Shown here piece after piece: positions 29,163 to 36,612 of a stretch of 64,000 nucleotides of DNA (the stretch's first letter is position 1; each line of letters opens with the position of its first letter). A program made the position numbers and the translations under genes. The notes below the pieces were generated by a model that was not told where the DNA came from, did not search any database, and was given only the letters and a program-made list of their open reading frames with translations. The DNA is from Candidatus Borkfalkia stercoripullorum (lineage in GTDB: Bacteria > Bacillota > Clostridia > Christensenellales > Borkfalkiaceae), in assembly GCA_019119395.1 (NCBI GenBank), contig DWXC01000013.1, positions 16,884 through 80,883 on the forward strand. The letters are read 5' to 3'.

Positions 29163-30097
29163 TTTGTTGCCTCCCTGTCCGAACCGTTTTCGCCCGCGCC
29201 GCCGTGCGGGGGTGTTCCGTTATGCAAACCGGTGCCGTCGTTTTTGTCCGCGCCGCCTTGCGGGGCGGGCTCGCCGTTCTTTTCGTCCGCGCCGCCGTTT
29301 GTGCCGGGAGCGGTTTTATCCTCTTCGTGAGTTCCGCCCGGATCCGTTGCACCTGAAACGGGAGCTCCGCCCGCTGTCGCGGCGTTTGAAACGGGAGCGT
29401 TTTCCGCATCCTCCTCCTTTTTCGGGAACAGGAAAGCCACCGCCGCCGTGCAGACGACGGAGCAGATGATGATGACCCAGCCGTCGGAAAGGCGGTCGAG
29501 TACGGGCGTAAAGTAAAACAGGCAGCTCGCCGCCGTGGAAAGCGCGACGAGGAGAAGCACTTTTTTGTCGTCGCGCGCGGCGGGGAGTATGATCGCGACG
29601 AACATCGCGAACAGCGCGATGCCGAGCGCGTTCATGAGCGCTTCGGGCAGGATGTCGCCGAGCAGCGCGCCGAGCGCGGTGCCGCCCACCCAGCCGCAGA
29701 AGGAGCAGAGCATCAGCCCCGACAGGTAAGAAAAATTCAGCCGCTTCGGGCTTCGTATCGCCACGGCGTAATTCTCGTCCGTCACGCCCAGGGCAAGCAC
29801 GGAACGCTGCCACAGTTTGACGCCCGCGTCCAGTTTCTGCGACAGGGATACCGACATCAGCGTGTAGCGTATGTTGATGACGAGCATGGTCGCGGCGATC
29901 TCCAAAACGCCCGCTCCCGCCGCGATGAGGTTGGTGCCGGCAAACTGACCCGTGCCCGTAAAGTTCGTAAAGGAAACGAGTACGGGAAACCACGCGGGGA
30001 AGCCCGCGCTCATCGCGGAAATGGCGTACGCGAAGGCGACGGAAACATACCCGAGCGCGATCGGCAGTCCGTCCTTTAATCCGTTTGTGAATCTCAT
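29159..30097 (-). CDS. azlC: AzlC family permease with a low-complexity C-terminal tail
   Basis: GLPIALGYVSVAFAY, FTGTGQFAG, INIRYTLMS and GVTDENYAVA motifs. Confidence 0.85.
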   Translation of the reverse strand: MRFTNGLKDGLPIALGYVSVAFAYAISAMSAGFPAWFPVLVSFTNFTGTGQFAGTNLIAAGAGVLEIAATMLVINIRYTLMSVSLSQKLDAGVKLWQRSVLALGVTDENYAVAIRSPKRLNFSYLSGLMLCSFCGWVGGTALGALLGDILPEALMNALGIALFAMFVAIILPAARDDKKVLLLVALSTAASCLFYFTPVLDRLSDGWVIIICSVVCTAAVAFLFPKKEEDAENAPVSNAATAGGAPVSGATDPGGTHEEDKTAPGTNGGADEKNGEPAPQGGADKNDGTGLHNGTPPHGGAGENGSDREATK

Positions 30098-30283
30098 AGG
30101 CTTACCTTTTGAAAAACAGAGTGAAAACGAAAGCCATTATAACACACGGCGCGGCGTTTGTGAACGGATTTACGCGTAATTTTTTCAAAATCGCGCAAAA
30201 AAGCCCGCAAGACGCGCCCTTCGGTTTGCTTTGCCGCCCGCAATGTGCTATAATAATGGAAATTTCAGCATTCAGAGGTCATT

Positions 30284-32311
30284 ATGTATTGGGCAGACAA
30301 GCTGGCGGACGAGGTCATCCGCCGCAATCCTGACAAAGAAGAATACGTATGCGCGGCGGGCATTTCCCCGTCGGGTTCGGTGCACATCGGCAACTTCCGC
30401 GACATCGCCACGAGCTGGTTCGTATGCCGCGCCCTGCAAAAAAAGGGCAAAAAGGCAAAACTGCTCTTTTCGTGGGACGAGTTCGACCGCCTGCGCAAAG
30501 TGCCCAAAAACGTTTCCGACTACCTCGGCAACGATTCGTACGAACAATACATCGGCTACCCCTATGTGGATATTCCCGACCCGTTCGGCAAGGACGAGTC
30601 TTATGCCGCGCACTTTGAAAAGGAGTTCATGGCGGCCGTCGAAAAGTTCGGTATTCATATGGAATACCGCTATCAGGCGAAGGAATACCGTTCGGGCAGG
30701 TACGCGAAGTATGTGATCTTCGCGCTCGAAAACCGCAAAAAGATCTTCGACATCCTCGATAAGCACCGCACCCAGGACGCGACGGAAGAGGAGCGGGAAA
30801 ATTACTACCCCGTCAGCATCTTCTGCCCGCATTGCCATAAAGACAGTACGAAGATCGTTTCCCTTTCTTCCGACTGCACGAAGGCGCACTACGTTTGCGA
30901 CTGCGGGCACGAAGGGGATTTCGATTTCACCAAAGATTTCAACTGCAAACTGCAATGGAAGGTCGACTGGCCCATGCGCTGGCTCGCCGAAGGGGTAGAC
31001 TTCGAGCCGGGCGGCAAAGACCACGCGTCCAAAAACGGCAGTTACGACACCGCCAAAGACGTCTCCCGCGAGGTGTTCGGCTACGAGCCGCCCCTCTTCC
31101 AGGGGTACGAATTTATCGGCATCAAGGGGAGCGTGGGTAAAATGAGCGGCTCTTCGGGGCTGAACATGACGCCCGACTTCCTTTTGAAGCTGTACCCGCC
31201 CGAGCTTATTTTGTGGCTGTATGCCAAAACCGAGCCGCTCAAAGCGTTCGATTTCTGCCTGTCCGACGAGATATTGCGGCAGTATTTCGAATTCGGCAAA
31301 ATGCTTGCCGCCTACCGCGCGGGCACGGCGGACGAAAACACCAGGCGCATCATCGAAAATTCTCTCGTGGAGGGGCGTGAGTTTGTGCCCGTGCCGATGA
31401 GCCAGCTCGTCGACCTCGGCAGCGTCGTCAACTTCAATGCCGACATGATGGAAAAACTGTTCGAAAAGATCGGCACGCCCTATAAAAAAGAGGAATTCAA
31501 GGAGCTCTTCGAAAAGGCGAAATTCTGGCTGCGCACCTGCTCGCCCGAAAGCGAATACGTCATCCTCGAAAAGCGGAACTGGAAGTACTGGCGCACCATG
31601 AACGACAAGGAAAGGGAGTGCGTCCGCCTTCTCAAAGAATACATCGAAAAGGGCGGCTACACGCTCGATTCGCTGCAAGCCGAGCTGTACGCCATTCCCA
31701 AACAGGTGTTCCCCGAGATCGCCGAGGATAAAAACGCGCTTAAAACGGTGCAGAGCAAGTTCTTTAAGGACGTCTATAATTTAACGCTTGCGCGCGACAA
31801 GGGGCCGAGGCTGTACCTGTACCTGTTTGCGGTAGACCCTTCGCGCTATCTCAAACTTCTGGACTTCTCTCTGCCCGAGGCGGAAGACCCCGACGCAAAG
31901 GAAGAAGTTTCCGTTTCGGCGGAAGAAAAGGCGGAGGAAGCGCCCGCCGAGGACGTGTTCGTAAAACAGCCCGCGCCCGTCAAGGAACAGATCGGGCTCG
32001 ACGATTTCGCCAAACTCGACCTGCGCGTTTGCAAGGTGCTTTCCGCAAAGCCGATGCGCAAGACGAACAAACTGATGAAAATCACCCTGCACGACGGCAT
32101 GGGGGAGCGCGTCATCGTGTCGTCCATCGCGGGCGAATACGAGCCCGAACAGCTCGTCGGCAAAAAAATCATCGTGCTCATCAATCTCGAACCGCACAAA
32201 TTCGGCAACGAATATTCGAACGGCATGCTGCTCGCTCCCGTCAACGAAGACGGCAAGTGCAAAGTGCTGTTCGCGCCCGACGGCGCGGAGATCGGTTCGT
32301 GCGTGCATTAA
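30284..32311 (+). CDS. lysS: Class I lysyl-tRNA synthetase with C-terminal OB-fold tRNA-binding domain
   Basis: MYWAD start, GISPSGSVHIGNFRD (HIGH), KLQWKVDWPMRW, EPGGKDH, KMSGSSG (KMSKS), GPRL; tail DDFAKLDLRV...SNGMLL. Confidence 0.92.
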   Translation: MYWADKLADEVIRRNPDKEEYVCAAGISPSGSVHIGNFRDIATSWFVCRALQKKGKKAKLLFSWDEFDRLRKVPKNVSDYLGNDSYEQYIGYPYVDIPDPFGKDESYAAHFEKEFMAAVEKFGIHMEYRYQAKEYRSGRYAKYVIFALENRKKIFDILDKHRTQDATEEERENYYPVSIFCPHCHKDSTKIVSLSSDCTKAHYVCDCGHEGDFDFTKDFNCKLQWKVDWPMRWLAEGVDFEPGGKDHASKNGSYDTAKDVSREVFGYEPPLFQGYEFIGIKGSVGKMSGSSGLNMTPDFLLKLYPPELILWLYAKTEPLKAFDFCLSDEILRQYFEFGKMLAAYRAGTADENTRRIIENSLVEGREFVPVPMSQLVDLGSVVNFNADMMEKLFEKIGTPYKKEEFKELFEKAKFWLRTCSPESEYVILEKRNWKYWRTMNDKERECVRLLKEYIEKGGYTLDSLQAELYAIPKQVFPEIAEDKNALKTVQSKFFKDVYNLTLARDKGPRLYLYLFAVDPSRYLKLLDFSLPEAEDPDAKEEVSVSAEEKAEEAPAEDVFVKQPAPVKEQIGLDDFAKLDLRVCKVLSAKPMRKTNKLMKITLHDGMGERVIVSSIAGEYEPEQLVGKKIIVLINLEPHKFGNEYSNGMLLAPVNEDGKCKVLFAPDGAEIGSCVH

Positions 32312-32401
32312 AATCATGCGAAAAGGGAGGCTTTGCGGCTTCCCTTTTCGTCATATCGGGGCGAAAAACGTTTTCCTGATTTTACCTGTGAGAAATTACA
32401 T

Positions 32402-32449
32402 ATATTTCACAATTAAATATTTTCAATATTTCACAATTAAATATTTTCA
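32402..32449. repeat. Perfect 24-bp tandem duplication directly upstream of a promoter
   Basis: ATATTTCACAATTAAATATTTTCA twice. Confidence 0.95.
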
Positions 32450-32455
32450 AATGAC

Positions 32456-32484
32456 TTGACATCGCGATGAATTTTGTCTATAAT
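32456..32484 (+). promoter_or_regulatory. Consensus sigA promoter
   Basis: TTGACA-17 nt-TATAAT, exact consensus. Confidence 0.85.
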
Positions 32485-32560
32485 ATTAAAGAATATGAAC
32501 GTAGGGTGAAATTTTTATAAAACTTTACCTTGCAGACGCAGAACAAAGGAGAAAAGCCGG

Positions 32561-33154
32561 ATGAGTACGGAAGCGAAAAACATTACCTGCCCGAACTGCG
32601 GCGCGCCGCAGCCCATGGACGCAACAACTTGCAAATACTGCAAAAGTCCCGTCATCATTTCCACGTATACGAGCGTGGCGGAAATGCCCATGCCGCTCCT
32701 CAACAAGTACGTCAACTCGTACAAAAAGGAGCTCGCGCAGGATAACGGCAACATCGCCGCGCACGAATCCATTGCTTTCTGTTACTTCAAACTCAAACTG
32801 TACGACAAGGCGATCGAAAGTTTTTCCAAGGCGATAGAGGAAGTGTTCGATAACCCCGACCTCTATTTTTACCTCGCGATCTGCCTGTTGAAGGGCAAAA
32901 AGGCGTTCCTTACGCCCCGCCCCGTCATCGATCAGATCGAAGAATACATACAGGCGGCGCTCTCTATCGAAAACAAAGGCATATATTACTATTTCTGGGC
33001 ATATATTCGTTACGACCATCACCACAGAAAGTTTTACAACATGAACCCCAATTACCAGCAGATCTATCAGATGGCGAAGGACGCGGGGCTTTCCGAATAC
33101 GACGTGACCGAACTTTATAAAATACTCGGCGTCGAAAGGCCTTCGTGCCTGTAA
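32561..33154 (+). CDS. Zinc-ribbon plus TPR protein
   Basis: CPNCGAP...CKYCKSP; TPR-like helices IAFCYFKLKLYDKAIESFSKAIEEVFDNPDLYFYLAIC. Confidence 0.82.
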   Translation: MSTEAKNITCPNCGAPQPMDATTCKYCKSPVIISTYTSVAEMPMPLLNKYVNSYKKELAQDNGNIAAHESIAFCYFKLKLYDKAIESFSKAIEEVFDNPDLYFYLAICLLKGKKAFLTPRPVIDQIEEYIQAALSIENKGIYYYFWAYIRYDHHHRKFYNMNPNYQQIYQMAKDAGLSEYDVTELYKILGVERPSCL

Positions 33155-33241
33155 TTTAGCGGCTGTAAGCGCGTGGCGGCGCTGCATGCCGCTATGCGCT
33201 TTCGGATATCCGAATAAAATTTTTTTAAGGAGTGCACTTTT

Positions 33242-33862
33242 ATGGCTTTTATTACATTGCAAAATGCTCAGACGTTTTTGAAAGGTAAGACGGCTGAACA
33301 GAGAAAGGTTCTCATGAAATATTTCCTCGCGAGCGGCTGCATCGGCGCTTTGACCGGAATGAGCGACGCGAAGTATGACGAACTCGTTCAGGAAAAAGTA
33401 AATGCTTTGAATTTGAGGCAGAAGGCTTTGAGCAAAATCGGTCTCGACGAGTCCGAAGTCAACGAGATCGCTCCCGTTACCTTCTCCGGTTGGGACGACA
33501 GCGGCGACTATTGCGCAAAAGTTGGTAAGGACGGCAAATACAGGTCTTCCAAGTACCAGGTTTCCTGGCTGTTCTTCTCTGCCACGCAGGTTTACTTCTA
33601 TTCTTACACGATCGATATGATCGCCAACACGAAGAAAGAGGCCACCGAAGAATACTTCTATAAAGACATCACTAACTTCTCCACTGTCACGACTTCCGCT
33701 GAAGTTATGGTCAAGGGCAAAACGGAAAGCTATGATGTTTCCAAGTTTGCCATCACCGTTCCCGGCGACAAACTGTATTGCGCTATCGGCGGCAGCAACA
33801 TGGAAGAGGTCGAAAGGTCTATCCAGGGCATGAAGCAGAAACTTCGCGAGAAGAAGATGTAA
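33242..33862 (+). CDS. Hypothetical protein of unknown family
   Basis: AAGGAG RBS, 206-aa ORF, AT-richer than its neighbours with many GGT/ACT/GCT/GTT codons. Confidence 0.8.
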   Translation: MAFITLQNAQTFLKGKTAEQRKVLMKYFLASGCIGALTGMSDAKYDELVQEKVNALNLRQKALSKIGLDESEVNEIAPVTFSGWDDSGDYCAKVGKDGKYRSSKYQVSWLFFSATQVYFYSYTIDMIANTKKEATEEYFYKDITNFSTVTTSAEVMVKGKTESYDVSKFAITVPGDKLYCAIGGSNMEEVERSIQGMKQKLREKKM

Positions 33863-33949
33863 CTTTATCACAAAACAGGATCCTGAAAATGACTGCTTGC
33901 CGTATGCAGCACGGCAAGCGGTTCATTGTATTCGGGAGGGTTTTACCGC

Positions 33950-34393
33950 ATGGAAGAAGAGGCGCAAAAGGCAGGCGCGGAGGGTACTCCCGCCGCAAAT
34001 GAGGGCGCGGGGGAACAAAAACCCGTGCGCGTCCGCCCCAAATTCAACCCTTTGGCCATCGCGCTGAACGTGGGCATACCGCCCGCCGTGTGCGCGGGCA
34101 TCGGCATAGGGGTGTATTTCATCTGGCACAGCGCGCTCTGGTCGTGGCTTGCCCCGCTTTTGCTGCTCCTTTTGTATACCGTCATACGCCTGCGCGACAT
34201 CGCGATATTCGCGGTGCACGTGTATCAGCGCGTCGCGCCCGATCATATCCGCGACGCCTGTGTATTTACGCCGACTTGTTCGGAATATATGATACTCGCC
34301 CTCAAAAAATACGGGTTTATCCGTGGCGTGATCAAGGGCATCGGCAGGCTGAAGCGCTGCCATTACCCGAACGAAGGGGAAGATTATCCCTGA
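33950..34393 (+). CDS. YidD-like (haemolytic domain) protein with an N-terminal two-TM extension
   Basis: YQRVAP...CVFTPTCSEYMILALKKYGFIRGVIKGIGRLKRCH is the YidD signature. Confidence 0.8.
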   Translation: MEEEAQKAGAEGTPAANEGAGEQKPVRVRPKFNPLAIALNVGIPPAVCAGIGIGVYFIWHSALWSWLAPLLLLLLYTVIRLRDIAIFAVHVYQRVAPDHIRDACVFTPTCSEYMILALKKYGFIRGVIKGIGRLKRCHYPNEGEDYP

Positions 34394-34465
34394 TTCGATT
34401 TTAAATGAGAAAAATGCGGGACTGCGCTTTTTTGCGCGAACGATAAAGATACGGGAGGTAAACAC

Positions 34466-35587
34466 ATGGAACTTTACAGCGTGATCAAGAACAACGCCCC
34501 GGGCGATCTGCTCGTGTCGAAGTTCGAAGGGGAGGACTTCAACAACGCTTCCCAACTCATCGTCACCGAATCGGAAGAAGCGCTCTTTATGAAAGACGGC
34601 GTGATCGTGCAGTCTTTTTCGGGCGGCCGTTTTACGTTGGATACGAAAAACTATCCGTTCATTTCCGCGCTTCGCAACAAATTCAGCGGCGGCAAAAGCC
34701 CGTTCAACTGTAGGGTCTATTTTGTCAATAAAGTACACAAACTCGAACTCTTTTGGGGTACCGATTCGCCTATTCAGATGCGCGACGCCGAATTCGGCTT
34801 TATGGTGGGCGTGCGCGCGCGCGGCAGCTATTCCATTCAGGTAGCCGACGCGAAAAAATTTCTGCTCAAACTCGTGGGCAACAACGTGAACTCTTTCACG
34901 TCCGACGATATCGAGACGTATTTCCGCAGTGCGTTCGTCATGCACATCAAAACGACGCTCGCCAAACAGATGAAGGAAATGCGCATGACGGTCTTGGATA
35001 TGTCTTCCGAACTTACCGACATAGCCGAGCGCATGAAGCCGATCATGCAGCCGATCTTCGACGAATACGGCATACGTCTCGTCAACTTCTATATCGTGGA
35101 TATCTCTATCCCCGAAAACGACCCCAATTACGAAAAGATCAACACCGCTTACGCGAACAGGGGCGCGCGCAACATCGAAGGCTACACCTGGCAGCAGGAG
35201 CAGTCCGCAGGCATCTTGCGCGACCTTGCGAAAAACCCCGGAGCGGGCGGCATCGGCGCGATGGGCGCGGGGATCGGCATGGGCGCGGCCGCGGGCGGCA
35301 TGTTCGCAGGCCTTGCCAATCAGATGTTCAGCGGCGCGCAGCAGCCCGCACAGCCGCAGGCGGACAAAAATCCCGGCTACGGCGCTGCTCCGCAGGGCGG
35401 GCCGCAACAGGCGGCTCACGGCCGTAAATGCCCGCAATGCGGCGCGGAGAATTCCGATAAGGCGAAATTCTGCTGCGAATGCGGCGCAAAACTCGGGTCG
35501 GAGAAAGTGTTCTGCACAAATTGCGGCGCGGAAATGCCCGCGAACGCGAAATTCTGTAACGAATGCGGGGCGAAGAGAGAATCATGA
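34466..35587 (+). CDS. SPFH/Band-7 (YdjI-like) protein with C-terminal double zinc ribbon
   Basis: SQLIVTESEEALFMKDG, GRFTLDTKNYP, VYFVN, WGT..PI, RARGSY; CPQCG..AKFCCECG..CTNCG..KFCNECG. Confidence 0.88.
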   Translation: MELYSVIKNNAPGDLLVSKFEGEDFNNASQLIVTESEEALFMKDGVIVQSFSGGRFTLDTKNYPFISALRNKFSGGKSPFNCRVYFVNKVHKLELFWGTDSPIQMRDAEFGFMVGVRARGSYSIQVADAKKFLLKLVGNNVNSFTSDDIETYFRSAFVMHIKTTLAKQMKEMRMTVLDMSSELTDIAERMKPIMQPIFDEYGIRLVNFYIVDISIPENDPNYEKINTAYANRGARNIEGYTWQQEQSAGILRDLAKNPGAGGIGAMGAGIGMGAAAGGMFAGLANQMFSGAQQPAQPQADKNPGYGAAPQGGPQQAAHGRKCPQCGAENSDKAKFCCECGAKLGSEKVFCTNCGAEMPANAKFCNECGAKRES

Positions 35588-36270
35588 AAAAATCAAGCCT
35601 GATCACAGGGATCATCATCGTTGTCATTATTGCCGCGTATAACGCGCTCTGCCTGCTGTTGGGCGACCGTTCCCTCACGGCGACTTACGTCAATCTTGCT
35701 CTCGGCGACTTTGCGTTTTTGCTTTTCCTCGTCTTTTCCTATGCGCTCCCGAAGGGCAGGAAATGGAGGTTTTTGGGCGTTTCGGGCGCTTATATTTCGT
35801 CCATATACCTCGCGATACAGCTGATCGTTTCCTTCGTGTTTATTTTGGTGCGCCTCAGGAACATGACCATCATCCTGCTCGTGGAGATCCCCATCACGGC
35901 GGCGTACATCGTCATTTTCCTCGTCAATGCCCTTGCGGACATTGCGACGGTGGAGGACGACAAGCGCATGGCTGCCGATATGGGTGCGCAGCGCGCGCTC
36001 GCGCAAAAAGCCGCGTCCGTTCTGCGCATGGTGCAGAATAACGACGCGTATTATAAGAAGATCGAAACGGTCTGCGACGCGCTCAACAGCATGCAGCTCA
36101 CCCGCGCGGGGGCAGACGTTTCCGCCATCGACGGCGCGATTTCATATCTGCTCGACAAACTTGCCGACCTCGTCAGGAACGGAAAATATGAGGAGTGCGA
36201 CTCCGTCATACAGGAGATCAAAATGAAGATCGCCGACCGCAACGACGCGCTCCGCAATGCGCAGTATTGA
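35584..36270 (+). CDS. Membrane protein (about 4 TM plus helical cytoplasmic C-terminus)
   Basis: Overlaps the end of the SPFH gene; hydrophobic N-terminal half, coiled C-terminal half. Confidence 0.78.
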   Translation: MKKSSLITGIIIVVIIAAYNALCLLLGDRSLTATYVNLALGDFAFLLFLVFSYALPKGRKWRFLGVSGAYISSIYLAIQLIVSFVFILVRLRNMTIILLVEIPITAAYIVIFLVNALADIATVEDDKRMAADMGAQRALAQKAASVLRMVQNNDAYYKKIETVCDALNSMQLTRAGADVSAIDGAISYLLDKLADLVRNGKYEECDSVIQEIKMKIADRNDALRNAQY

Positions 36271-36290
36271 CGCATTTCTTTGTATCGAAC

Positions 36291-36325
36291 GGCCCGCCGC
36301 AATCATGATTGCGGCGGGCCTCTTT
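36291..36325 (+). terminator. Terminator closing the SPFH operon
   Basis: GGCCCGCCGCAATC-AT-GATTGCGGCGGGCC followed by TCTTT. Confidence 0.75.
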
Positions 36326-36435
36326 ATATGCCGTTTTTGCGGGAGATTTTTGCTGCCGTCCGCCCGCGGCGGGCCGTCGCCGTAAGAACGGACTGCACGT
36401 TCGTTTTTAGGCGTCCCGAATGGGATAATGCGGGC

Positions 36436-36521
36436 ATGCGCGGCGGGCAAAGCAGTATATGCGCGGCGGGCAAAGCGGTATATGCGCGGCGGGTAAAGCG
36501 GTATATGCGCGGCGGGCAAAA
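36436..36521. repeat. 23-bp tandem repeat, about 3.7 copies
   Basis: ATGCGCGGCGGG(C/T)AAAGC(A/G)GTAT units starting at 36436, 36459, 36482 and (partial) 36505. Confidence 0.9.
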
Positions 36522-36612
36522 TCGAGGATATTCTTGCAAAACACGCGCTTTTGTGTTACAATAGTCAAAAACAGACGGGATCGTTTTCCGGCATGCGAAA
36601 GGAAGTGGGCGG

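Noticed and set aside
30180-30283. T-box or lysine riboswitch before lysS
   Set aside because: The leader is too short after the TGCTATAAT -10, and no T-box or L-box consensus is visible
36436-36521. Possible CRISPR array
   Set aside because: The units are contiguous with no unique spacers and there are no cas genes; it is a VNTR
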